NCBI GenBank assembly: GCA_035557035.1
Contig: DATMEE010000257.1
Coordinates: 1-42,880, forward strand
Direction of reading: 5' to 3'
DNA: 42,880 bases
Source of the DNA: Phycisphaerae bacterium
Lineage (GTDB): Bacteria; Planctomycetota; Phycisphaerae; UBA1845; UTPLA1
Shown: positions 17,994 through 27,171 of the stretch, piece by piece
Layout of the letters: every line of letters begins with the position of its first letter
Numbering within the stretch: position 1 is the stretch's first letter
Position numbers and translations under genes: made by a program
Notes under the pieces: model-generated
What the model was told of the DNA's origin: nothing
The model's input: only the letters and a program-made list of their open reading frames with translations
The model's database searches: none

Positions 17994-18880
17994 CAAATCT
18001 CCGAATACTCGGATCGAATCAGAAGTTCCTCGAACTGCGACGTTCCGTCGGTGTCGGTCAGCGGGCCTTTGGTGAAGCCGTTGAGGAACTGGTTTATCAG
18101 CTTCTCGTTTTCATCCGCGAGCTCGTCGAGGGCCTTGTCGCGCAACTGCTCGAATTCCGCGCGCGGGCCGATCTTCAGCACGCGCCCCTTCTCGAGCATG
18201 ACCAGCCGATCGGCGATGCGAAAGGCCGAGTCCATCTCGTGGGTCACGACGACGCTGGTGACGCTGAGCTTCTTGGAGAGGTCCGTGATGAGATCGTCGA
18301 TGGTCGCGCTGGTCACCGGGTCGAGGCCGGCTGACGGCTCGTCGTAGAAGAGGATTTCGGGGTCGAGCACGGTCGCGCGTGCGAGGCCGGCACGTTTCTT
18401 CTGGCCGCCGGAAAGCTGTGCCGGCAGTTTGTCGCGGTGGGGGAGCATGTGGACCTGCTGCAGTTTGAGCGTCACCACAATGTCAATGATCGACGGATCG
18501 ACGGCGCTGTGCTCGCGCAGGGGCAGTGCGACGTTCTCGGCAAGCGTCATCGAGTTGAACAGCGCCCCGCTTTGAAAGAGGATGCCGAAGCGTTTGCGGA
18601 TTTCGTTCATCTCCGGCTCGCGCATGCCGACGATGTTGCGCGGCTGGGGCATTTCCTTCGTTTTGAACAGGATTTCGCCGGAGGTGACTTCGTGTTCGCC
18701 GATGAGGCAATTCAGCAGCGTGCTCTTGCCGCAGCCGCTGCCGCCCATGACGACGATGGTTTCGCCCTGATAGATGTCGAAGGTGACGTTGTCGAGAACA
18801 ATGACCTGCTCGCCGTCGGGGTTGGCGAACGACTTGCGGAGGTTGCGGATCGAGATGACGACGTCTTTGGTGGCGGGCAC
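17993..18880 (-). CDS. ABC transporter ATP-binding protein, MlaF-like
   Basis: Motifs present: Walker A GGSGCGKST, signature LSGGQKKR, Walker B ILFYDEPSAGLD and H-loop VVVTHE. The start is uncertain. I favour GTG 18880 (VPATKDVVISIRNL...), which gives a normal-length N-terminus. The maximal ORF reaches 19036 with an Arg/Ser/Pro-rich, non-protein-like extension. Confidence 0.8.
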   Translation of the reverse strand: MPATKDVVISIRNLRKSFANPDGEQVIVLDNVTFDIYQGETIVVMGGSGCGKSTLLNCLIGEHEVTSGEILFKTKEMPQPRNIVGMREPEMNEIRKRFGILFQSGALFNSMTLAENVALPLREHSAVDPSIIDIVVTLKLQQVHMLPHRDKLPAQLSGGQKKRAGLARATVLDPEILFYDEPSAGLDPVTSATIDDLITDLSKKLSVTSVVVTHEMDSAFRIADRLVMLEKGRVLKIGPRAEFEQLRDKALDELADENEKLINQFLNGFTKGPLTDTDGTSQFEELLIRSEYSEI

Positions 18881-19066
18881 GCTGATTACTCGCGGGGAAT
18901 CCCCGTATTTGAATCTTTGGCGCGATTCTACGGGGTGAATTGGAGAAAGAACAGCCGAGCGGGTGCGCAAGAGCACATCGCCCGGAGATTTCGAGTGACG
19001 CCGGCAGTCGAACGGCCCACCGCTTCCTCTCGCCACGGCGAGTCTTCGATACGGGCGCGGCTCTGT

Positions 19067-20872
19067 TCAGCCTTGCAGGCGGCGGATGTCGCTGAGCTTG
19101 CCTTCGATGCCGATGAAGTTATAGAACTGGTCCTGCGTCAGAATCGGCACTGAGAAATACATTGCGCGGCGGCGGGCGTCGCGATAGCGTTCGGCGTCGG
19201 TGCGATCGCGGCGGGTCGCGGCCGGCACGGTCGGGTCGATTTCCGGTTGGCGCTGAATGCCATTCACGGTTTCCTGCATGCCGAAAGCGCCGCCGTTTCC
19301 GCCATCGCCGCGATTCTCGTCTTCGTCCGTGCCCTCGTCGTTGCCTGGTTCTTCTTCGCTCGGCTCTTCTTCGGTCGGTTCTTCGTCGCCTGATTCCTCA
19401 TCGTCGGCGCCCTCCCCTTCATCCCCCGTCGGCTCTTCCTCGTCTGTGGGTTCCTCTTCCTCGTCGGAGGCTGGCTCTTCTTCGTCCGACCCTTCTTCAT
19501 CCGTCGAGGCCTCTTCATCCTCAGAGGCTTCTTCGTCGTCAGACGCCTCTTCGTCAGTCGCCTCATCCTCGGGCTCGGGCGTCACTTCCGGCGGGACGAC
19601 CTCTTGTCCCTTGGGCGGCTGGCCCAGCACGACGTAATCCGTCGCGGCGTCGACCTCGTCGACCACTTGGCCGCCGGTGCGCTGAATCAGCGCCACGATC
19701 TGCTCGCGGCCGCGAACGTCTGTCTCGCCGTCGAAGTCGGTGTCAAAGTCGCCGACCACGACGAACCGCACCTTCTTCGAGCGATTCTTGCCGACGATGA
19801 TGTTGTTGACGACGTCGCCTTCCAGAATCGGATCGTCCGGCGACGGAGCGGCGACCACGCGGCACTCCGACGTGTTGGCATCGACGCTCTTGACTTCAAT
19901 GCTCGCCTTTCCGCGGCCATCGGCCGGGATGCGCTCATCCTGGGAATAGACGCTGAAGGTCATGCCCAGCGTGACCTTGTCCTCGCGGCCGAGGTTGATG
20001 TAACAGAGAGAATCGCCAGGCAGAATGCGAAGAATCTTACCGACGGCGGTGCGCGCCACGGCGAGGGGCTCGGCGTTCGAGGGCACGTTGCCGCGCAGCT
20101 CGCGCAGCGCGCCCGATTGCGAAGCCAGGATGAGGTCCTGCTCCTTCAACGTCTCGGCAACCTGCCGGCGCTGGCGAGCGTGCGTCACCTTGGCGTCTTC
20201 CAGCTCGTCGCGCGTGGCCTCAACCTTGCTGGCGAGGGCTTGGACCTCTTCACCCTTCAGTTGCTCGAAGTCGGACTTTGATTTCTGCAATTCTTCCACT
20301 TGCGATGCGAGTTTTGCGAGCCGGTCCTCGAAGGTCTGCTGGTGCTTCTTGACGGTTTCCTCGGCCTCGGCAAGTCCATTCAGCGCCTTGTCGTTCGACC
20401 GCTCGGCCTTGATGCGCGCCTCGCGCTCCGCTGTATATTGCCCAAACAGCGCTTCGATCAGCCCGACGGCCCCGTTGGCCGAGGCGAGCTGCTCGGCGTT
20501 TCGATCGTCCTTGGCCGAGGCGATCTTTTCGGCGGCGGCCTCAAGTTTGCCCATGGCGGTCTGCGAGGAATCGGTCTGATCGCCGGTGACGCGGCCCATC
20601 AGTCCGCGGCCGGCGCGAACGATCTCGCCCACCAGCGTTTTACCCGGCCCGACCTGGATGCTGGGAAAGAGTTTCTTGGCCTCGGACTCGTCGTTGCCCT
20701 TGACGATCTTGTCGCGGGCGCTGGTGGCGGTGGCGGCGTTGGCGCGCAACTGCTCCTGCTGGGTGACCATCCAGATCAGGACGCCGCCGAGAATGACGGC
20801 GACGACGATGGACACGACCATGCCGATCATGGTCGCATTGGAACCCCCACGCTGTGGCGATACTCCTGCCAT
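19067..20872 (-). CDS. Membrane-anchored coiled-coil protein with a BRCT-like C-terminal module interrupted by an 87-aa poly-acidic tract
   Basis: ATG 20872 is preceded by AAGGGA. The TM segment is MIGMVVSIVVAVILGGVLIWMV, followed by a long coiled coil. VRFVVVGDFDTDFDGETDVRGREQIVALIQRTGGQVVDEVDAATDYVVLGQ and the terminal FSVPILTQDQFYNFIG resemble the two halves of a BRCT fold (tentative). The acidic tract is encoded at 19316-19576. Confidence 0.65.
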   Translation of the reverse strand: MAGVSPQRGGSNATMIGMVVSIVVAVILGGVLIWMVTQQEQLRANAATATSARDKIVKGNDESEAKKLFPSIQVGPGKTLVGEIVRAGRGLMGRVTGDQTDSSQTAMGKLEAAAEKIASAKDDRNAEQLASANGAVGLIEALFGQYTAEREARIKAERSNDKALNGLAEAEETVKKHQQTFEDRLAKLASQVEELQKSKSDFEQLKGEEVQALASKVEATRDELEDAKVTHARQRRQVAETLKEQDLILASQSGALRELRGNVPSNAEPLAVARTAVGKILRILPGDSLCYINLGREDKVTLGMTFSVYSQDERIPADGRGKASIEVKSVDANTSECRVVAAPSPDDPILEGDVVNNIIVGKNRSKKVRFVVVGDFDTDFDGETDVRGREQIVALIQRTGGQVVDEVDAATDYVVLGQPPKGQEVVPPEVTPEPEDEATDEEASDDEEASEDEEASTDEEGSDEEEPASDEEEEPTDEEEPTGDEGEGADDEESGDEEPTEEEPSEEEPGNDEGTDEDENRGDGGNGGAFGMQETVNGIQRQPEIDPTVPAATRRDRTDAERYRDARRRAMYFSVPILTQDQFYNFIGIEGKLSDIRRLQG

Positions 20873-21269
20873 GAGATTTCCCTTTGTGCAAAATCGATGC
20901 GCCGGGCACGCCGGCTTTTGGTGTCGGCTCAGCTCCGATGCGTACGGAGCCTGCGTGTTGTTTAGCCGCGTCGGAACTTCGATCCAGGCGGGTGCGGCCC
21001 GGTAAGGTAGGCAGGCCGACTTTCGGAGGGCCGAAGTTTCATCTAAGTATCGGCGAATCAAGGCGAAATGTCAACGCTTCCGCCGGCTTCGGGCGCGACT
21101 AAGATACCCCGGAGAGTCCGTAAATCCCCGCCACCATCTGAGCCGCGCCGGTAAAGGAAGCGGTCACCGTGCCGGGCGGAAAAGCGTTTGAGACCGTGCA
21201 GATTGCTAATCCGGAGCGGGGTGGTCTGCGACCTGCTCGAACTTTTCCGGGTGGGACTCTCCAGCGAAA

Positions 21270-24257
21270 ATGGCTGCAAAAACGCTCTATCTCATCGACG
21301 GCCACGCCCAGATTTATCGCGCCTATTACGCGCCGTTCGGCAATCTTTCATCGCCTAAAGGTGAGCCGACCCGGGCCGTTCACGTCTTCACCCAGATGCT
21401 TTTGAATCTGCTCAGGGACCGAAAACCGGATTACCTGGCGATGGTGCTCGACGTGAGCGACAAGTCCGTGTTCCGCATGGAGATCGCTCCGGACTACAAG
21501 GCGAATCGGCAGGCGCCGCCGGAGGACCTCGAGCCGCAGATGCAGCGAATCATCTCGATCGTTCAGGCGATGCAGATTCCCATTCTGAGAATGAAGGGCT
21601 TTGAGGCGGATGACATTCTGGCGACGCTGGCGGGGCGACACGCGGCCGAAGACCTGCACGTGTATCTGGTGAGCAAGGACAAGGACCTCGACCAGGTGCT
21701 GGGCGATCACGTGCGCTTGTATGACCCCGGCAAGGACGCCGTCATCGACATGGACGGGCTGCGGAAGGCGAAGGGGTGGGGGCCGGAGTCGGCCGTCGAA
21801 GCTCAGATGCTTGTCGGCGACAGCACCGACAACATCATTGGCGTCCCGGGGGTGGGACCGAAGAAGGCGGCGCAGCTTCTGTCGCAATATGGAAACGTCG
21901 CGAACATCATCGCGAACGCCGAAGCGCTAACTCCGAAGCTACGGGAGAACATTCTTGCATTCAAGGATCGAATGGACGTGGTGCGCCGGCTGGTCACGCT
22001 CCGGGGCGACGTGCCGATCGAGCTGGAGCTTGCGCATGCGGATGTCACCCGCTTTCAACCGGCGGGGGCCGTGCCCATTCTCACGGACTTGGGCTTGAGC
22101 CGGCTTATCGAACGCCTCGGCGCGGGGAACGCCCCGGCGGCAAAAGTTGCAAGTGAGGTTTTGGCTGGGGGCGTGTCGAACGTCCATGCGGAAGTGAATC
22201 GCAAAGAAGGGCGGGCCACGCTCGCCACCGCTGTGGTCGATACCGCCAAAACGGCGGCCAAATCCGTCGTCCGCCGTGTGGCCCAATCCGCCGCCACCCT
22301 CTTCGATGCCGAGGATGAGGAGCGGGATACCGTCGTCGAGGTTGTGGATGCCGTCATCGAGACTCCCAGCGAGGTGGCCGACACGGACGAGGTTTCCGAA
22401 GCCGCGACGCCGTCCGCCGGACTCTTCGATTCCGTTGGCGAGGGAAATCCCGATTACAAATTGATCGACACCGAGGAGGCCCTTCGCGATTTCGCGGCTG
22501 AATTGGCCCGGCAAAGCGTCTTTGCCTTTGATACGGAGACGACCGGCCTGCTGTTGGCAGATTGCGACCCGTGCGGCATCAGCATCTCGTACGAAGTCGG
22601 AAAGGGTTATTATGTTCCCGTGCGTGGCGTCGGCCGCGTGGTCAGCGAGGAGGCGGTTCGGCGGCACCTCGGGCCGATTTTCAGCGACGAGCAAATCCGC
22701 AAGGTCGGCCAGAATTTGAAGTACGACATCGGCCTGCTGGCTTGCATGGGCATCGCGGTGCGCGGCGCGGATTTCGACACGATGATCGCCAGCTTCGTGA
22801 CGAGCCCGATGCGCCGCTCGCACGGCATCGACAGTCTGGCGATGGAATTGTTGCGCTACCGCAAGATTCCCACGTCGGACCTGATCGGCAAGGGAAAAGA
22901 CGCGGTCACATTCGCCGAGATTCCGATTGACCGGACCTGCCAGTATGCCGCCGAGGATGCCGACATCGCCTTGCGATTGCACGAGATTCTGGACGCGGAG
23001 ATGTGCGAGCCGGAGATCCGCTCGCTCTTTCACGAGCTGGAAATGCCGCTCGTCCAGGTGCTCATGCGCATGGAACGAAATGGGGTCGCGGTCGATACGG
23101 CACTGCTCAAAGGCATCAGCGACGAGATGGCGACGCGGCTGGCGGAACTCGAAGACCAGATATATCGGGAGGCGAAGCGGCCATTCAACATCAATTCGAC
23201 CAAGCAGCTCGCCGAGGTGCTCTTCGACGCGATGGGGCTTCGCGTGGTCAAGCGGACGCAGACGCTGCGCTCGACCGATGCCGAAGTGCTGGCGATTCTG
23301 GCGAAGGAGACCGAGCAGCCCATCCTGCGTCTGCTTCTGGAGCATCGGGAGCTTTCCAAGCTGAAGGGAACCTACGTCGATTCGTTGCCGTATATGATCA
23401 GCAAGCGCACCGGCCGCATTCATCCCAGCTTCAACCAGATCGGGGCGATCACCGGACGCATCTCGTGCAACGACCCGAATTTGCAGAACATTCCTATTCG
23501 CACCGAGACCGGCGCGCAGATTCGCCGCGCCTTCGTGCCGGGCAGTCCGGACCACGTTCTGATCAAGGCCGACTATTCGCAAATCGAGCTGCGCGTGCTG
23601 GCGCACTTCAGCGGCGACGAGAATCTGCGCGAGGCGTTTCTGAACGACCACGACATTCACGCCTTCGTGGCGGCGCAGATCAACGATGTGCCCATTCAAA
23701 GCGTCTCGAAAGAGCAGCGCTCGCGGGCCAAAGGCGTGAACTTCGGCATTGTCTACGGGCAATCCGCATTCGGGCTGGCCCGTGCCACCGGCATGTCGCA
23801 GAACGACGCGAAGCTGTTTATCGCCCGTTACTTCGCCCGCTATCCGCGCGTGCGCGCCTTTCTCGATTCGTGCATCGCCCATGCCCGCCAGCACGGCTAC
23901 GTCAAGACGATGCTGGGCCGCCGCCGCCCGATCATGGACATTCAGTCGCGGAACCAGTCGGCCCGCAACACGGCCGAGCGGTTCGCCGTCAACACCGTGG
24001 TGCAGGGCACGGCCGCGGACATGATCAAGCGGGCGATGGTGAACATCGACCGGCGGTTACTCGCTGAGAAACGCCTGTCTCGAATGCTAATTCAGGTTCA
24101 CGATGAATTGGTGTTTGAATCGCCGCGGTCGAATGCTCAGGAAGACGCGAGGATGATCGCCGAGGAGATGTCGCGGGCGCTGGCGCTGAGCGTGCCGATC
24201 AAGGTCGACGTATCGATGGGCGCCAACTGGCTGGACATGGAAAAGATGAATCTGTAG
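21270..24257 (+). CDS. polA: DNA polymerase I (5'-nuclease, 3'-5' exonuclease and polymerase domains)
   Basis: The N-terminus LYLIDGHAQIYRAYYA is the 5'-nuclease. The exo motifs are FDTETTGL, QNLKYDIGLL and YAAEDADI. The polymerase motifs are A DYSQIELRVLAH, B RSRAKGVNFGIVYG and C QVHDELVFE. At 995 aa it has a longer-than-usual linker between the nuclease and exo domains. Confidence 0.95.
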   Translation: MAAKTLYLIDGHAQIYRAYYAPFGNLSSPKGEPTRAVHVFTQMLLNLLRDRKPDYLAMVLDVSDKSVFRMEIAPDYKANRQAPPEDLEPQMQRIISIVQAMQIPILRMKGFEADDILATLAGRHAAEDLHVYLVSKDKDLDQVLGDHVRLYDPGKDAVIDMDGLRKAKGWGPESAVEAQMLVGDSTDNIIGVPGVGPKKAAQLLSQYGNVANIIANAEALTPKLRENILAFKDRMDVVRRLVTLRGDVPIELELAHADVTRFQPAGAVPILTDLGLSRLIERLGAGNAPAAKVASEVLAGGVSNVHAEVNRKEGRATLATAVVDTAKTAAKSVVRRVAQSAATLFDAEDEERDTVVEVVDAVIETPSEVADTDEVSEAATPSAGLFDSVGEGNPDYKLIDTEEALRDFAAELARQSVFAFDTETTGLLLADCDPCGISISYEVGKGYYVPVRGVGRVVSEEAVRRHLGPIFSDEQIRKVGQNLKYDIGLLACMGIAVRGADFDTMIASFVTSPMRRSHGIDSLAMELLRYRKIPTSDLIGKGKDAVTFAEIPIDRTCQYAAEDADIALRLHEILDAEMCEPEIRSLFHELEMPLVQVLMRMERNGVAVDTALLKGISDEMATRLAELEDQIYREAKRPFNINSTKQLAEVLFDAMGLRVVKRTQTLRSTDAEVLAILAKETEQPILRLLLEHRELSKLKGTYVDSLPYMISKRTGRIHPSFNQIGAITGRISCNDPNLQNIPIRTETGAQIRRAFVPGSPDHVLIKADYSQIELRVLAHFSGDENLREAFLNDHDIHAFVAAQINDVPIQSVSKEQRSRAKGVNFGIVYGQSAFGLARATGMSQNDAKLFIARYFARYPRVRAFLDSCIAHARQHGYVKTMLGRRRPIMDIQSRNQSARNTAERFAVNTVVQGTAADMIKRAMVNIDRRLLAEKRLSRMLIQVHDELVFESPRSNAQEDARMIAEEMSRALALSVPIKVDVSMGANWLDMEKMNL

Positions 24258-24319
24258 CGAACGCCTGTGTGGGTTTTGGCGCCGCCCGGTCTGTAGTCCG
24301 GAGTTCGTCGAAGTCTGAT

Positions 24320-25402
24320 TTACTGGCTCATCAGGACCGAGGCAATGCGGCGGGCGGCGAGTGCGTGGGCGCGGGCGTTGGGATGGTGATCGGTGGGGTG
24401 GACCCAGAGGTCGGACGCGTCAACACCCCGCCAGCATTCGATCAGGTCGAGCGATTCGATGCCTCGGGTACGGCACGCTTCGAGAATCCGGCCGTGAATG
24501 TCGTTGAATGGGTAATCCTCGTCCAAGCTCCACGGGACGGGAAAAATAAGCATGACGAAGCGAAAGTGCCCCTCGATTGACGCATGCTGGAAGTCGCTCA
24601 GCGCACGCTGACACAGATCCCATCGCGGCGAGCGAAAGCTCTCGCGAACTGCGGCGAAATACTCCTCCTGAAGACGCCGGGCGATGCGGCCGCGCTCGAC
24701 GATCTCCGCGAGGCGCGAGAAGCGCGAAAGCGCGGAAAGCTCCCATTCGCGGGTCCATTCCTCGTTTTGCCGGATCGTCTGAGCGCCGTCCATCGCATCG
24801 TTGAGAAAAAAGCCGAGCGTGACCACGTCCGGTTTGAAGCGGGCGACGTGCATTTTGAAATATAGGTACTCGTCGATCGTTCCGTGACCCTGCACGCCGG
24901 CGTTGATGACCTCGTAACGCCGGGCGGCCGCGGCCTCGTTGAGCATTCTTTCAACGATGCGCGGATAAGATGCCGACTCTTCGACGCCTTCACCGAACGT
25001 CACCGAGTCACCGAGGCACACAATCCGCGTCATGCCAGCGGACTTCGCCACAGTCGTCGGCGGGCCACGAAAGCCATCTTCGTTGATGACATACTCCACC
25101 GCGCCGGAAGCGTACTGGGGCGCCGCGTCGTCACGATAGTCGTCGTACACGGAAGCGAAGTGGCTATTCGGTTGATACACGATGGGTCCGCCTGCGAGCT
25201 GTGCATAGGGCACGCGCCTGCCGGGTTCATAGCGCCGCGGCGCATAGACTCGGGGTCCGATGCCCACGACTCGAACGAATACGTCCGCACAAACGGCCGT
25301 CAGCATGACCGCTGCGAGTGCCAGTAGAATTCGGCGATTCCACGTTCTCGCGGCGCGCTTTGACTCGGGAGGAACTCGATCAGGCGGGGGATCGGTTGTC
25401 AT
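24320..25402 (-). CDS. SGNH/GDSL-family hydrolase with an N-terminal membrane anchor
   Basis: Block I is RIVCLGDSVTFGEG and the block V-like motif is PTDHHPNARAH. The N-terminal TM is ILLALAAVMLTAVCADVFV. It starts 9 nt after the upstream kinase stop, on the same strand. Confidence 0.75.
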   Translation of the reverse strand: MTTDPPPDRVPPESKRAARTWNRRILLALAAVMLTAVCADVFVRVVGIGPRVYAPRRYEPGRRVPYAQLAGGPIVYQPNSHFASVYDDYRDDAAPQYASGAVEYVINEDGFRGPPTTVAKSAGMTRIVCLGDSVTFGEGVEESASYPRIVERMLNEAAAARRYEVINAGVQGHGTIDEYLYFKMHVARFKPDVVTLGFFLNDAMDGAQTIRQNEEWTREWELSALSRFSRLAEIVERGRIARRLQEEYFAAVRESFRSPRWDLCQRALSDFQHASIEGHFRFVMLIFPVPWSLDEDYPFNDIHGRILEACRTRGIESLDLIECWRGVDASDLWVHPTDHHPNARAHALAARRIASVLMSQ

Positions 25403-25411
25403 AGAAAGCTG

Positions 25412-27004
25412 TCATCGCTGAGCCAGATTGATTCCCGGAAGCCGGGCGCCGTCCGGGACGTCCGGCGCAGTCGCGGGCAGTATCACCGTGAACTCCGAGC
25501 CTTTTCCGGCCTCGCTGGTTACTGAAATCGATCCGCCGAGGTGGATGGCCAGCTCCTTGCTGATGGCCAATCCCAATCCAGTGCCGCTGTGCTCCCGGGT
25601 CATGGAGCCGTCGATTTGCCGGAATTTCTCAAAGACCCCGCCGAGCAGCTCCTGCGAAATGCCAATGCCGGTATCGCGGACCTTGATGCTGACGTGATCG
25701 TCGCCGGCGCGCTCCAGCGTGACTTCGATCAGCCCGCCCTCGGGCGTGAATTTGACCGCATTGGAGAGAAGGTTGTAAAGAATCTGCTGGATTCGTCCAG
25801 AGTCCGAGACGATCGGCGGGACGGCCTCGCGAATGATCGCGGAAAGCTGAAGGCTCTTCTTGTCGGCGAGGGGGCGGATGAAATCGAGCAGATTGCGGAT
25901 CATTTCCTCCATGTTCACGGCCCCGAGGTGGAGCTCAAGCTTGCCCGCCTCGATCTTGGCGAGGTCGAGCAAATCGTTGATGAGTCCCAGCAGCATCCGC
26001 CCGCTCGACATAATGTTTTCGGCATAGCGATACTGCCGGCCGCCGTCGGCGCTGGCCGCTTCGCGGAGCAATTCGGCAAATCCGATGATCGATGCCAGCG
26101 GGGTGCGCAACTCGTGGCTGACGATGGAGAGGAACTGGCTCTTGAGCTTGTCGGCCTCGAAGAGGGCGACGTTGCGCTCGGCGAGCTGTGCCACCCGTGT
26201 GTCAAGACTCTTGTTGATGCGCTTGAGCTCGTTTTCGGAGGCTTCCAGGTGGGAGAGCATCGCGTTGAAGGCACGCGACAATTCTTCGTACTCGTCGCCC
26301 GTGGCGATGGCGCTGCGGATGCTGTGGTCCCCCTGCGAGACCGATTCCGCGACCTGGGTCAGTTCCCGCACCGGCGAAAGGATCAGCTTTTGCGTAATCA
26401 GATAAAACACGAGGATGGCCAGGATGCCCGCCAGCGCGCCGGCCATCAGGCTCAAGCCGACATTCACGATGAAATCGACATGCGCGCGGGGAGCTTCATA
26501 ATCAACCCGCAGCAATCCCAGAAGTTGGCCGGGCGGGTATTGTCCGCCCGTTGATCGGACGGCGAATGCCATCCGGTATCGCACGAGGCCGCCGGAGCTA
26601 TCCCATCGCGCGGGCAGCTCGGTCAACGATTCGTCTCCCAGCAGAGTGGCGATTGCGGCCTTCTCGAATTCATCCGCGTCGGGCGGCGGAGTTGGGTGCA
26701 GGGGGTCCGATAATTTGACCAATCGTGGAACGGGAGAACTTCCGCCTCCCGGCCCGCCGCCGTGCGGCCACCATAATTCAAGCGCCTTCTGCTTTAGATC
26801 CCAATTCTCGGCACCGAGCTCAGTTCTCGCCAGCACGAGCCGTCCCATATTGAGCACGAGTTGAATGTTCATCCGGTGTACCAAATCGTGCATTCTCAGC
26901 CAAGGTACAAAGAGCGCGGCGCCGACGATCAGGATGACCGCAAGTCCGAAGAGAATGCGGCATTTTGCCGCCAGCGAGATTTTGAAAAACGAAATGCGTG
27001 CCAT
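25412..27004 (-). CDS. Sensor histidine kinase (two TM segments, extracytoplasmic loop, HAMP, HisKA, HATPase_c)
   Basis: Motifs present: H-box VSHELRTPLASI, N-box LLSNAVKFTPEGG, G1 DTGIGI and G2 GTGLGLAISK. The HAMP-like segment is LILSPVRELTQVAESVSQGD...EYEELSRAFNAML. No response regulator is adjacent in this window. Confidence 0.9.
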   Translation of the reverse strand: MARISFFKISLAAKCRILFGLAVILIVGAALFVPWLRMHDLVHRMNIQLVLNMGRLVLARTELGAENWDLKQKALELWWPHGGGPGGGSSPVPRLVKLSDPLHPTPPPDADEFEKAAIATLLGDESLTELPARWDSSGGLVRYRMAFAVRSTGGQYPPGQLLGLLRVDYEAPRAHVDFIVNVGLSLMAGALAGILAILVFYLITQKLILSPVRELTQVAESVSQGDHSIRSAIATGDEYEELSRAFNAMLSHLEASENELKRINKSLDTRVAQLAERNVALFEADKLKSQFLSIVSHELRTPLASIIGFAELLREAASADGGRQYRYAENIMSSGRMLLGLINDLLDLAKIEAGKLELHLGAVNMEEMIRNLLDFIRPLADKKSLQLSAIIREAVPPIVSDSGRIQQILYNLLSNAVKFTPEGGLIEVTLERAGDDHVSIKVRDTGIGISQELLGGVFEKFRQIDGSMTREHSGTGLGLAISKELAIHLGGSISVTSEAGKGSEFTVILPATAPDVPDGARLPGINLAQR

Positions 27005-27105
27005 ATTCGTAAGAAAAGAAGTCTAACGGATTTCACAAGTCCGGTCCGGCGGTTGGCTTGACCCAAAGCGGCCGCGCACGTTACGCCCCAGAGGCCCGGA
27101 AAATG

Positions 27106-27134
27106 TTGACCGAGGCGTAAAGTGCCGATAGCAT
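27106..27134 (+). promoter_or_regulatory. Putative sigma70-type promoter (TTGACC - 17 nt - TAGCAT)
   Basis: TTGACC is at 27106-27111 and TAGCAT at 27129-27134, about 40 nt upstream of the ATG at 27172. It lies in the divergent region between the kinase and the 27172 CDS. This is a pattern match only. Confidence 0.25.
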
Positions 27135-27171
27135 GGGGTGTTCTTCCGCCTCATTCAGGAGCCGTACGAGA

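Noticed and set aside
21126-21179. Possible SRP (4.5S) RNA: CCGGUAAAGGAAGCGGUCACCGUGCCGGG resembles the GGAAGCAGCC...GUGCCGGG 3' side of domain IV, and an ACCA lies on the 5' side
   Set aside because: The near-invariant 5' element GUCAGGUCC and the GGAA tetraloop are absent (the loop here is GGUAAA). The symmetric-loop nucleotides do not line up. I treat it only as a generic hairpin.
21939-23894. 651-aa minus-strand ORF antisense to polA
   Set aside because: polA on the plus strand has every canonical motif. The antisense product is Arg/Gly/His/Leu-rich with no motif or plausible start context.
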